This document shows positions 9,713 through 18,921 of a stretch of DNA of 64,000 bases, piece after piece. This DNA is from Chloroflexota bacterium (GTDB lineage Bacteria; Chloroflexota; Anaerolineae; JAAEKA01): assembly GCA_029558955.1 (NCBI GenBank), contig JAKQCW010000021.1, positions 895 through 64,894 on the forward strand, in the 5' to 3' direction. Numbering within the stretch: position 1 is the first letter of the stretch; the number at the start of each line of letters is the position of its first letter. The position numbers were made by a program, and so were the translations under genes. The notes under the pieces were generated by a model, which did not search any database, had not been told where the DNA came from, and saw only the letters and a list, made by a program, of their open reading frames with translations.

Positions 9713-12363
9713 GGCGCCGCGTCGTCGTCAGGCAGATCAGGCGCGGGTCCTGGCCTGGGACCGTCGTCCGACTGCTCCGGCTCATCGCCGGGCGCGGCCG
9801 GTTCATCGCCCGGCAGGCCAGGCTCGTCAGCGGGGCCTTCCGGCCCTTCGCCGGGCAGCGGCGGCTCGCGCGGCGGCTCGGGTGCGCCGTCGCCCTCGTT
9901 GTTCTCCTCGTCATTGCCGGCGCGGGCATCATCTTTCTTGGCCGGCGGCTTGCCGAAGTTCTTGAGGCGCAGGGCCAGCTCGCGCAGCGCGTCGTCCACC
10001 CGGCGGTTGACCGTGCCCTGGGCAAAGCGGCCATCGGCATCGCGCTGGCCGGCCGGCACGCCGGTCAGGATGGCGATGCCCTCGTCGATGGCGCTGACCG
10101 GGTAGATGTGGAACTGGCCCGCGGCCACGGCCTCGACCACATCCTCGCGCAGCATCAAGGTGGCGACGTTGGCGGCCGGAATGATCACCCCTTGCTCGCC
10201 GGTCAGCCCTTTTTCCCGGCAGACATCGAAAAAGCCCTCGATCTTGGCCGTGGCGCCGCCGATGGCCTGGATCTCGCCGTGCTGGTTGACCGAGCCGGTC
10301 ACCGCAATGCCCTGCTTGATGGGCAGACGGGCCAGCGCCGACAACAGGGCGTAAACCTCGGTGCTGCTGGCGCTGTCTCCCTCCACGCCGTCGTAGTTCT
10401 GCTCGAAGGTGATGGTGGCGGTCAGGCTGAGCGGCTTGTCCTGGGCGTATTGGCCGCCCAGGTAGCCGCTGATGATCAACATGCCCTTGTCATGCACCTT
10501 GCCGCTCAGTTTGGCCTCGCGTTCGATGTTGATCACGCCAGATTGGCCGAGGAAGGTCTTGGCGGTGATGCGCGAGGGCTTGCCAAACATGGTGTCGCCC
10601 AGGGCCAGCACAGCCAGCCCGTTGACCTGGCCGATGACTGCCCCAGTCACGTCGATGATCACCGTGTCGTTGACGATGGCCTCGCGCACCCGCTCCTCCA
10701 CCAGGCTGGAGCGATAGCGGCGCTCGTCGATGGCCCGCTGTACATCCTGGCCGGTCACGAAACGGGCCGCGGCCGGCCGGGCGGCCGCCTGCGCCCAGTA
10801 GGCCCCCTCGCGCACAATGTCTGCCACATGGGCGAAGCGGGTGGTCAGCTTGCGTTGATCCTCCACCAGCCGGCCGCTGTACTCGATCACCTTGGCGACG
10901 CCGCTGGCGTCGAAGGGGGGCAGATTCTCCTCGGCGCAGCGGGTGCGGATGAAGCGGGCCACCTTGACCATGTTCTCGGCCGTCCACTCCATCTGGCTGG
11001 TGAAATCGGCCCGCACCTTGAACAGCTTCTGAAATTCGTCGTCGTAGGCGTAGAGCAGGTAATAGGTGTAGGGATCGCCGATCAGGATCACCTTGACCTC
11101 CAGCGGGATCGGCTCCGGGCTGAGGCTGGTGGTGGCGATCATGCTGAACTGAGCGCCCAGCTCTTCGATCTTGACCTGCTGATGGCGCAACGAGCGCTTG
11201 AGCGCCTCGAAGGCCAGGGGCTGGCGCACCAAGGCGCGGGCATCCACCACCAGGTAGCCGCCGTTGGCCCGCAGCAGCGAGCCTCCCTTGATCAGGCTGT
11301 AGTCGGTGACCAGGGTGCCGAACTGCGCCTCCTGCTCGATGCGACCGATCAGGTTGTAGTAGGTGGGGTTGGTTTCGACCACCACCGGCGCGCCCGTTTC
11401 GCCGTCGTGGTCCACTACCACGTTGATGCGATAGTGCTCGAACAGCGATTCTTTCGGGCCAAGCAGCCAGCGGGCAGGGTCGGCCGGCTCCTCTTCGTTG
11501 TCGGAGGCGGGGGATTTGTAGCTTTCGACGTTCTGCGTGATGTGCTGGCGCACGGTGCCCAGATACTCGACCACCTCAGCCCATGCGGCGTAGTCGCCTT
11601 GCAGTTGGTCGAAGCCAGGTCCCACGGTGGCCGCGGCGATCTCGCGGTCGAGATTCTGCAGCAGGTTGGCGGCCTCCTCGCCCAGGGCCTTCAGCTCGCG
11701 CAGCGTCTTTTCCATCTCCTGCCGCAGCTCCGGCTCCTTGGCCTCATAGGCCTGCTGCTGTTCGATGGGCAACTGCTGAAACTGCTCGCCGGTGATGGTC
11801 TTGCCGTCGATCAGCGGGGAAAAGAGCAGGCCCATGGGCGTCTGGACGATGGCGAAACCGCGCACCCGGGCGAAGGCCTCCATGTTCTGGCTGACGTTTT
11901 GACGCCGTTGCTCCAGGTCTTTGACCAGCTCTTTGCGGTGTTGCTCATAGTTTTCGCTCTCGAAAGCCTTGGGGAGCTGTTCCTCCAACGCTTTGAGCAG
12001 CGCGTCGAAACGGTCGCGCAGCGCGCGGCCGCCGCCGGCCGGCAGCCGCAGCGCCAGCGGCTCATCGGGCCGCTCGAAGTTGTTGACATAGCCCCAGTCG
12101 TTGGGCACTGGCCGGCCCGCGGCCTGGCGCTCCAGATATTTGGCGATGGTGGTGGTCTTGCCGGCGCCGGCAGGGCCCAGCGCATAGATGTTGTAGCCGT
12201 AGGAGGGGATGTCAAGGCCAAATTCGATCGCGCGGGTGGCCCGCTCCTGGCCTATGATTTCGTTCAGTTGCTCCAGCTCGTCGGTGGAGTGGAAGTTCAG
12301 ATCGCCGGGCGCACATGCGCGGCGCAGTTGGTCGGCGGTCAGTTCTCGCGGCAGATTGGTCAT
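9709..12363 (-). CDS. Lon-like ATP-dependent protease (AAA+ ATPase domain plus S16 Lon proteolytic domain) with an acidic Pro-rich C-terminal tail
   Basis: Walker A YALGPAGAGKTTTIAKYL. The C-terminal Lon domain has the catalytic Ser (DGDSASSTEV) and Lys (ATAKIEGFFDVC) context. Start chosen at MTNLPRE (ATG at complement 12361-12363, GAGGTG RBS); the ORF could start earlier at 12477. Tail PAKKDDARAGNDEENNEGDGAPEPP... Confidence 0.85.
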   Translation of the reverse strand: MTNLPRELTADQLRRACAPGDLNFHSTDELEQLNEIIGQERATRAIEFGLDIPSYGYNIYALGPAGAGKTTTIAKYLERQAAGRPVPNDWGYVNNFERPDEPLALRLPAGGGRALRDRFDALLKALEEQLPKAFESENYEQHRKELVKDLEQRRQNVSQNMEAFARVRGFAIVQTPMGLLFSPLIDGKTITGEQFQQLPIEQQQAYEAKEPELRQEMEKTLRELKALGEEAANLLQNLDREIAAATVGPGFDQLQGDYAAWAEVVEYLGTVRQHITQNVESYKSPASDNEEEPADPARWLLGPKESLFEHYRINVVVDHDGETGAPVVVETNPTYYNLIGRIEQEAQFGTLVTDYSLIKGGSLLRANGGYLVVDARALVRQPLAFEALKRSLRHQQVKIEELGAQFSMIATTSLSPEPIPLEVKVILIGDPYTYYLLYAYDDEFQKLFKVRADFTSQMEWTAENMVKVARFIRTRCAEENLPPFDASGVAKVIEYSGRLVEDQRKLTTRFAHVADIVREGAYWAQAAARPAAARFVTGQDVQRAIDERRYRSSLVEERVREAIVNDTVIIDVTGAVIGQVNGLAVLALGDTMFGKPSRITAKTFLGQSGVINIEREAKLSGKVHDKGMLIISGYLGGQYAQDKPLSLTATITFEQNYDGVEGDSASSTEVYALLSALARLPIKQGIAVTGSVNQHGEIQAIGGATAKIEGFFDVCREKGLTGEQGVIIPAANVATLMLREDVVEAVAAGQFHIYPVSAIDEGIAILTGVPAGQRDADGRFAQGTVNRRVDDALRELALRLKNFGKPPAKKDDARAGNDEENNEGDGAPEPPREPPLPGEGPEGPADEPGLPGDEPAAPGDEPEQSDDGPRPGPAPDLPDDDAAP

Positions 12364-12502
12364 CAATGGCACCTCTGGCGGCGTCCTGTGTGGGATCGAT
12401 TCAGCGGTTCTGATCGGGTGGCTGCCGCAGATTGTACCATAGCGCCCAAGGGCAGCCAAACGAGTTGGAAGGCGCACGCTGCTGTGCTATAATCTCAGCG
12501 CC

Positions 12503-12925
12503 GTGAACAGCCCTGACCAGCCGACCCTGCCCCCTGCCCCGCCGCCCGCGCCGGCCTTCGCCCACGCGGCCGAGGCGGAGTTCGCGCGCCTGTTGGACTT
12601 CTACGGGCTGTGCTGGGAGTATGAGCCGCGCACCTTCGTCCTGCGCGAGGACAAGGCCGGGCAGCCCATCGTGGCTTTCACCCCGGACTTCTACCTGCCC
12701 GACCAGGATCTGTACGTGGAGATCACCACCATCAAGCCGCGTCAGGTGCGCCGCAAGAATCGCAAGATCCGCTGGCTGTTGGAGCATTACCCAGAGATCA
12801 ACATCAAGCTGTTCAAGCGCAGCGATTTTCGCCAGTTGATGGCGAAATATGGCCTGGACGACGAGCAGCGCGCCTCCTGGATCGGCCTGGAAAGCCAGGG
12901 GGACGACGACGAAGAGAGTAGCTGA
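12503..12925 (+). CDS. Hypothetical protein (possible PD-(D/E)xK-like motif), divergent from the lon-like gene; acidic C-terminus
   Basis: 140-aa ORF with a Pro/Ala-rich N-terminus, a ...TPDFYLPDQDLYVEITTIK... segment and a DDDEESS end. No confident family. Confidence 0.45.
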   Translation: MNSPDQPTLPPAPPPAPAFAHAAEAEFARLLDFYGLCWEYEPRTFVLREDKAGQPIVAFTPDFYLPDQDLYVEITTIKPRQVRRKNRKIRWLLEHYPEINIKLFKRSDFRQLMAKYGLDDEQRASWIGLESQGDDDEESS

Positions 12926-12933
12926 GACAAACT

Positions 12934-14331
12934 ATGTCCCGTATTCAACCGCTGCGTGGCTGGCGCTACGACCTGACGGCCGCCGGCGCGGCCAGCCTGG
13001 ATGAGCTGCTGACCCCGCCCTACGACGTGATCAGCCCGGCCGGACAGGCCGCTTTTTATGCCCGTCACCGGCACAATGTGGTGCGGCTGGAACTGGCGGC
13101 CGATCAGCCTGGCGACGACGATGCGCACAACCGCTACACGCGCGCCGCGGCTACACTGGCCGCGTGGCGCGAAAGCGGCGTTCTGCGCCAGGAAAGCGCG
13201 CCGGCCATCTACCTGCTGCGCCAGCGCTACACCCTGCCCGATGGTCAGACTGCCACGCGCAGCGGCCTGATCTTTCGCCTGCGTCTGGCGCCCTGGGGCG
13301 AGGGCATTTTGCCCCACGAACGCACCTTTCCGGCCGCCAAGGCCGATCGTCTGGCGTTGACCATCGCGACCGGGGCACAGGGCAGCCCGATCTTTCTGCT
13401 CTATTCCGATCCGGCCGGCGCTGCGCTGGCGCCGGCGGAGGCCGTCGCCGGGGTGCGCGCCGCTGACGCGCATTACCGCGACGAGGATGGCGTGGAGCAC
13501 GAGCTGTGGGCGGTGACCGACCCGGCCGGCCTGGCCAGCCTGGCAGCCGCGCTGGAGTCCAAGACCTTCTACCTGGCCGACGGGCATCATCGCTACGAGA
13601 CCGCGCTGAGCTATCAGCGCTGGCGGCGGGGCGGCGGCCTGCCGGCGGCCCCAGCGCCGGCGCCGCTGCACAGTTGGCAGGGGGTGCCCAACTACGCGGC
13701 CACGCCGCCGGCCGCGCCGGCCGCGCCGCAGCCCTTCGACGCCGCCTGGGTCTACGCCGCCCGCATGGAGGACCCGGGTCTGGCCATCCTGCCCACCCAC
13801 CGCTGCATCCACGACCTGCCGGACTTCGACGCGGAGCGCCTGCTGGCCGGCCTGGCTGAGCATTTTGAAGTGAGGAAGCTGGATGCGGCGACGAAGTTGG
13901 ACTTCTTCCGAAGCAGTCCAACTTCTGGACGTGGTTCCGGCACGGCCTTTATCCTGCTTCTGCCCGATCAGCCGGAGGGCTATCTGCTGGAGATGCGCGA
14001 CGATCCGGCCACGCGCGCCCGGCTGCATGTGGACTATCCGCCGACCGTGGCGGCTGTGGATGTGGCCGCGCTGCAAAGCCTGGCGCTGGGGCCGTTGCTG
14101 GAGATCGACCCTGACCCCAGCGAACTGAAGCGATTCGTGGCGTTCACCCCCGACGCGGATGAGGCCCGCGAGGGGGTGCGCGCTGGCCGCTACCAGGTCG
14201 CCTTCCTGGTCAATCCCACCCCGCTGGCGCAGCTTCAGGCTGTGTCCGACGCCGGGGAGGTGATGCCCCCCAAAGCGACCTATTTCTATCCCAAGCTGCC
14301 GGCCGGCCTGGTGATCAACTGTCTGGAGTGA
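12934..14331 (+). CDS. DUF1015 family protein
   Basis: Motifs LTPPYDVIS, HERTFPAAKADRLALTIATGAQGSPIFLLY, YLADGHHRYETAL and the ~450 aa length fit DUF1015. Confidence 0.7.
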   Translation: MSRIQPLRGWRYDLTAAGAASLDELLTPPYDVISPAGQAAFYARHRHNVVRLELAADQPGDDDAHNRYTRAAATLAAWRESGVLRQESAPAIYLLRQRYTLPDGQTATRSGLIFRLRLAPWGEGILPHERTFPAAKADRLALTIATGAQGSPIFLLYSDPAGAALAPAEAVAGVRAADAHYRDEDGVEHELWAVTDPAGLASLAAALESKTFYLADGHHRYETALSYQRWRRGGGLPAAPAPAPLHSWQGVPNYAATPPAAPAAPQPFDAAWVYAARMEDPGLAILPTHRCIHDLPDFDAERLLAGLAEHFEVRKLDAATKLDFFRSSPTSGRGSGTAFILLLPDQPEGYLLEMRDDPATRARLHVDYPPTVAAVDVAALQSLALGPLLEIDPDPSELKRFVAFTPDADEAREGVRAGRYQVAFLVNPTPLAQLQAVSDAGEVMPPKATYFYPKLPAGLVINCLE

Positions 14332-14705
14332 CGATGGAACTGAAATACCTGGGCGTGCGTTCGACGGCGCCCATCGACGAGTTGGATACCTTTCCCGCGC
14401 CGGCCGGGCTGGACAGCGTCGTTATGAGCTCGGACGAGCTGACCGCGCTCTGTCCGGTCACCGGCCAGCCCGATTACTACACCGTCAGCATCGAGTACAC
14501 CCCTGGGCCGCTGTGCATCGAGAGCAAGAGCCTCAAGCTCTATCTGTGGCATTTTCGCGACCGGGGGGTGTTCTGCGAGCAGTTGGCGGTGGATATTCGG
14601 GATAAGGTGGTGGCCACGATCCAGCCGCAGCGCTGCACGGTGACGCTGGTGCAGAAGGCGCGCGGGGGGATTGTGATCACGGCGCTGTCGAGCTATGAGG
14701 CGTGA
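14328..14705 (+). CDS. queF: NADPH-dependent 7-cyano-7-deazaguanine reductase QueF (type I)
   Basis: LCPVTGQPDYYTVSIEYTPGPLCIESKSLKLYLWHFRDRGVFCEQ matches the QueF catalytic Cys and the E(S)KSLKLY motif. ATGA overlap with the upstream gene. Confidence 0.8.
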   Translation: MTMELKYLGVRSTAPIDELDTFPAPAGLDSVVMSSDELTALCPVTGQPDYYTVSIEYTPGPLCIESKSLKLYLWHFRDRGVFCEQLAVDIRDKVVATIQPQRCTVTLVQKARGGIVITALSSYEA

Positions 14706-14789
14706 GGCGCGACGGGCGCGGCGTCGCGGGCGTTCCGTCCGACTTTGTTGGCCATACCTTCGATTCGATGGTGGCATGCCAGGGAGCAG

Positions 14790-15254
14790 ATGATGAAAAT
14801 CACAGTATCCAGCGATGAACATAGCCCCTTGGTGGACGCGGTGATCGAAGAGATCGAGAAGCGCGGGCATCAGGTGGAGTATTTTGGGCCGCGCGCGGGC
14901 GAGGGGGCCAGCGATGCCAACGACTGGCCGCTGGTGACGGTGGAGGCGGCCGCGCGCGTGGCCGATGGCCGGGCTGACGAGGGGGTGGTGATGTGCTGGA
15001 CCGGCACCGGCGCCAGTTTGGCTGCCAACAAGGTGGCCGGGGTGCGCGCCGCGCTCTGTCACGACGCGGAGACGGCCAGGGGTGCGCGCGTCTGGAACCA
15101 TGCCAACGTGCTGGCCCTCAGCCTGCGCGCCACGCCGATCCCCATCGTCCGCGAGATCCTGGAGGCGTGGTTCGACACCCCCTACAGCGATGACGCTTGG
15201 AATCTACGCCAGATAGCGCGCATCCAGGCGTTGGAGGCCCGGACCGGTGGTTAG
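14790..15254 (+). CDS. rpiB: Ribose-5-phosphate isomerase B (RpiB/LacA/LacB family)
   Basis: MKITVSSDEHS...GVVMCWTGTGASLAANKVAGVRAALCHDAETARGARVWNHANVLALSLR. ATG at 14790 or 14793 after an AGGGAG RBS. The ORF-track start is a TTG further upstream. Confidence 0.8.
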   Translation: MMKITVSSDEHSPLVDAVIEEIEKRGHQVEYFGPRAGEGASDANDWPLVTVEAAARVADGRADEGVVMCWTGTGASLAANKVAGVRAALCHDAETARGARVWNHANVLALSLRATPIPIVREILEAWFDTPYSDDAWNLRQIARIQALEARTGG

Positions 15255-15345
15255 AAAGCACCGGCTGACAGCACGAAGGCCCGGACCGGTGGTTGGAAAA
15301 CCCACCGGCTGACAGTACAAAGGCCCCTCAGGGCCTGGGACCTGG
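15255..15345. repeat. Two tandem copies of a terminator-like dispersed element (gaaagcaccggctgacaRtacaaaggcccctcagggcctggga)
   Basis: Core hairpin aggccc-ctca-gggcct. A near-identical copy lies at 23095-23160, downstream of pepA. Confidence 0.7.
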
Positions 15346-15579
15346 AAGCAGCGGCTGAGGCCGCTTCGTGCTTTCAGACAGATGGTTTCAACCTCTGATT
15401 CCGGCGAGGCCAGCGGCGGGGAACGGTCGGCTGGGCGGCTGCGTGTGGCCAAGGGAAATTTAAGGCGATGCTTGGGTGGGATTTGCGCCGCAGAATCGTT
15501 TGACTCGATGGTGCTGTGTTGAGATACTTGCTGCCTTGGGCCGAACAGGCATGCGTAACGAATCGAAGGAGACACGACG

Positions 15580-16014
15580 ATGCGAGTCATGGTGATGATC
15601 AAGGCGAATGAAGAGTCAGAGGCGGGCGTCATGCCCAGCGAGCGGATGCTCACCGAGATGGGCATGTACAACGAGGAGCTGGTCAAGGCTGGCGTCATGC
15701 TGGCCGGCGAGGGGCTGCATCCCAGCGCACGGGGCGTGCGGGTGCGCTTTTCGGGCCGCGAGACCGCTGTGATCGACGGACCCTTCCCCGCGACCGAGGA
15801 GCTGATCGCGGGCTTCTGGCTGTGGCAGGTCAGTTCGATGGCAGAGGCCATCGAGTGGGTGAAGCGAATGCCGAACCCCGATGACGCAGAAGGAGGCGAC
15901 GTGGAAATCCGCCCGGTGTTCGAGGCAGAGGATTTCGGCGCGGAGCTCACCCCCGAGCTGCAAGCGCAAGAGGCGCGCCTGCGCGCTCAAATCGAGGCGT
16001 ATACGCAGCAGTAA
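15580..16014 (+). CDS. YciI-like (DGPF-motif) family protein
   Basis: 144 aa. AVIDGPFPATEELIAGFWLWQVSSMAEAIEWVKRMP resembles the YciI/DGPFAETKE-type domain. Confidence 0.55.
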   Translation: MRVMVMIKANEESEAGVMPSERMLTEMGMYNEELVKAGVMLAGEGLHPSARGVRVRFSGRETAVIDGPFPATEELIAGFWLWQVSSMAEAIEWVKRMPNPDDAEGGDVEIRPVFEAEDFGAELTPELQAQEARLRAQIEAYTQQ

Positions 16015-16087
16015 CGCGTCAGGGCTGGCGATCCTTGCAAGGACCGCCAGCCCTGACAGAGAAGCGACGTTTGTCGAAGCCCTGGGT

Positions 16088-17476
16088 TCAGCCCGCTTTC
16101 ATTGCCTGCGGCAGCAGCGTGAAGTAGTGGATCACCGTCTCGATGCCGCGCTGGAAGAGGGTCAGCGACAGCTTCTCGTTGGGCGCATGGGCGTTGTCGT
16201 TGGGCAGGCCAAAGCCCATCATCACCACGGGAGCTTTCAGGATATCCTGAAAATCGGCCACGATGGGGAGGGTGCCGCCGCCGCGCATGAAAAGGGGCGC
16301 CGTTCCGAAGCTGGTTTCATAGGCGCGCGCCGCCGCCTGGATGGCCGGCTCGTTCAGATCGACCAGCGACCAGCGGGCCAGCCCCAGCGTGCGCACCGTC
16401 ACCTTGACGGACGAGGGCGCCAATGACCGGACGCGGCGTTCGAAGAGCGTTGCGATCTCGGCCGGGTCCTGGTTGGGCACCAGGCGCATGCTGACCTTGG
16501 CCGACGCACGGGCGGGGATGACGGTCTTCTTGCCCTCGCCGGTGAAGCCGCCCGGCATGCCGTGGATGTCCAGCGTGGGGCGCACCGTCACCCGCTCGGC
16601 CGCGGTGTAGCCTGCCTCGCCAGCCGCGGCGGGCGCGCCCGTCAACCCCTGGATCACCTGGTCGGAGATGGGCGCCTGGGCCAGCAGGCGTTCTTCCAGC
16701 GCGTCGGGCGGCGCGACCTGGTCGTAGAAGCCGGGGATCAACACCCGCCGCGTCTCGCCGTCCTGCAACTGCGCCAGGATGCGCACCAACACGTTGAAGG
16801 GGTTGTCCACCACACCGCCGAAGCCGCCGGAGTGCAGGTCGGTAGCCGGGCCTTGCACCTCGACCTCCATGTAGGTCAGGCCGCGCGTGCCGTGGTTGAT
16901 CAGCGGCATGTTTTCGGCCAGAATGCCCGTGTCGCAGATCAGCACCGCATCGCAGGCCAGCATCTCCCGGTGTTCTTCGACCCAAGGGGTCAGGTTGGGG
17001 CTGGAGATCTCCTCCTCCCCTTCGATGATCACCTTCAGATTGATGGGAAGCCGGCCCTCGGTGCGCAGATAGCTGTCGATGGCCGCCAGCACCAGGTAGA
17101 CCTGGCCCTTGTCGTCGCTGGCGCCGCGGCAGAAGATCTGGTTGTTGCGCACCGTCGGCTCGAAAGGCGGGGAGAGCCATTCGTCCAGCGGATCCACCGG
17201 CTGCACGTCGTAGTGGCCATAGAACAGGAGCGTGGGCGCCTGGGGACCGGCGTCCAGCCACTGGCCGTAGACCAGCGGATGGCCGGCCGTGGGCATGACG
17301 GCCACCTGGTCCAGGCCGATACGGGCCATGGCCTCGGCCAGCCATTGGGCCGCGCGCTGCATGTCGGGCGCCGCTTCGGGCAGCGTGCTGATGCTGGGGA
17401 TGCGCAGGAAGTCGAACAGCTCCTGGAGATAGCGCTCCCGGTGGGTGTGACAATAGGTGAGAGGTTGTTGGGACAC
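16088..17476 (-). CDS. M20 family metallopeptidase (dipeptidase-like)
   Basis: LLFYGHYDVQPVDP and CRGASDDKGQVY metal-binding motifs; 462 aa. Confidence 0.8.
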   Translation of the reverse strand: MSQQPLTYCHTHRERYLQELFDFLRIPSISTLPEAAPDMQRAAQWLAEAMARIGLDQVAVMPTAGHPLVYGQWLDAGPQAPTLLFYGHYDVQPVDPLDEWLSPPFEPTVRNNQIFCRGASDDKGQVYLVLAAIDSYLRTEGRLPINLKVIIEGEEEISSPNLTPWVEEHREMLACDAVLICDTGILAENMPLINHGTRGLTYMEVEVQGPATDLHSGGFGGVVDNPFNVLVRILAQLQDGETRRVLIPGFYDQVAPPDALEERLLAQAPISDQVIQGLTGAPAAAGEAGYTAAERVTVRPTLDIHGMPGGFTGEGKKTVIPARASAKVSMRLVPNQDPAEIATLFERRVRSLAPSSVKVTVRTLGLARWSLVDLNEPAIQAAARAYETSFGTAPLFMRGGGTLPIVADFQDILKAPVVMMGFGLPNDNAHAPNEKLSLTLFQRGIETVIHYFTLLPQAMKAG

Positions 17477-17488
17477 GGTTCGCTCCTT

Positions 17489-17899
17489 CTAGATCTGTTT
17501 CCACACCTTGGCCAGGCTCTCGCCGTAGACGCTGAGATCCCATTCGTTGAAATAGCCAAAGGGGGTAATCCACACTTGGTAGCCAGTTTCGCGCAGCCGC
17601 GCGGCCAGCTCTTCGATCAGATGGTGGGCAAAGTCTGGCTCTGCGTTCTCGCCGCCCAGGTGGGTGAAGGAGTGCAGCACGATGGTGCGCAGCTCCCGCT
17701 TGTTGGCCAGCCACTTGAGGTGTTTCAACGTCTGGCGAAAGACGCTGGCGCGCTGGGCGGCGTCGGCTGCCTCCACCTGGTAGAAGGCCACCACCGCGTC
17801 GAACACCTCCTGCTCCACCGCGACATCGTCCACGGATTCCAGAGTCTTGGAAAAGCTGCGCCACCAGAAGCGTTTGGCTTGAAAGGAGAGGAGTTTCAT
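17489..17899 (-). CDS. Hypothetical protein
   Basis: ORF abutting the M19 dipeptidase gene. Start taken at MKLLSF. No family recognised. Confidence 0.45.
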   Translation of the reverse strand: MKLLSFQAKRFWWRSFSKTLESVDDVAVEQEVFDAVVAFYQVEAADAAQRASVFRQTLKHLKWLANKRELRTIVLHSFTHLGGENAEPDFAHHLIEELAARLRETGYQVWITPFGYFNEWDLSVYGESLAKVWKQI

Positions 17900-17900
17900 C

Positions 17901-18875
17901 TCATCCGACGACCTGCTCAAACACCCGCAGGAAGTTCAGGCCCAGCACGCCGCGGATCACAGCTTCGCTGTGGCCGCGGACGGCCATGCCGGCGGCGAGG
18001 GCGGGATAATGGGTCGCGTCCTCCAGGCCCTGGGGCATGTCAGCGCCGTCGAAGTCAGAGCCGACCATGACCTGCTGCGGGCCGGCGACGCGCAGCAGGT
18101 GATCCACGTGATCCAGCACATGCTCGATGGTGGCCTCAGCGGCCGGTTTATGCAGGAAGGAATCGACGAAGGTGACGCCCACCAGACCGCCGCGGGCCGC
18201 GATGGCCTCGATTTGAGCGTCTGTCAGGTTGCGCGGATGGTCGCACAGGGCGCGGGCGTTGCTGTGCGAGGCGATGACCGGCTGGCGGCTGACGCGCAGC
18301 ACATCCTCCAGCCCGGCCGGGGCCAGGTGCGACACGTCGATGAGCACGCCCAGGCGGTTGCACTCCTCGACGACCTGGAGGCCAAAGGGGCTCAAACCGA
18401 GCGCATTGGCGCCTTGCATCACCCCATCGGCCACCTCGTTGCGGAAATTCCAGGTCAGCCCCAGCACGCGCACGCCCAAGCGATAGAAGCTGCGCAGGAG
18501 GGCCAGGCTGTCGCTCAGCGGCTCGGCGCCCTCCAGGCCCAGGATGGCCGCCACCTTGCCCTCGGCCTGGGCGCGGCGGATGTCGGCCGCGCCGGCGGCC
18601 AGCAACAATTGATCCGGGTACGCGTCCAGGGCCTGGTGCAACACGTCGACCATGTGCATGGCATAGCGGGTCGCGCCGCGATGATATTGGTGGATCGGCA
18701 CGAAGCAGGCGAAGATCTGGGCCGTCACGCCGCCGGCGCGCAGCCGCGGCAGATCGACGTGGCCCTGCGTCGAGTGTTGGGCCAGCGTGCGCTTGCCCTC
18801 CAGCACATCGCCCAGCGTGTCACAGTGGCCATCGACGACGATGGCGTCGGGGAATAAAAGATCGGATGGCATCAC
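17901..18875 (-). CDS. Membrane dipeptidase (peptidase M19, renal dipeptidase family)
   Basis: VVDGHCDT, VSHLAPAG, IASHSNARAL and VGSDFDG motifs. Confidence 0.85.
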   Translation of the reverse strand: MMPSDLLFPDAIVVDGHCDTLGDVLEGKRTLAQHSTQGHVDLPRLRAGGVTAQIFACFVPIHQYHRGATRYAMHMVDVLHQALDAYPDQLLLAAGAADIRRAQAEGKVAAILGLEGAEPLSDSLALLRSFYRLGVRVLGLTWNFRNEVADGVMQGANALGLSPFGLQVVEECNRLGVLIDVSHLAPAGLEDVLRVSRQPVIASHSNARALCDHPRNLTDAQIEAIAARGGLVGVTFVDSFLHKPAAEATIEHVLDHVDHLLRVAGPQQVMVGSDFDGADMPQGLEDATHYPALAAGMAVRGHSEAVIRGVLGLNFLRVFEQVVG

Positions 18876-18921
18876 GTCTCCTGTGTTCGGTTCGATAAGA
18901 CTGCCAACGCTTATTCGTTGA

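Noticed and set aside
9058-12492. 1144-aa ORF on + strand and 9174-10040 minus ORF
   Set aside because: They overlap the Lon-like gene in other frames, have low-complexity Pro/Arg/Ala-rich translations and show no domain signals.
12787-14076. 429-aa ORF antisense to the DUF1015 gene
   Set aside because: The DUF1015 motifs on the + strand are convincing; the antisense ORF is an artefact.
16317-18070. ORFs 16317-17864 (-) and 16562-18070 (+)
   Set aside because: They overlap the M20 peptidase and M19 dipeptidase genes in wrong frames and give Arg/Gly-rich nonsense.
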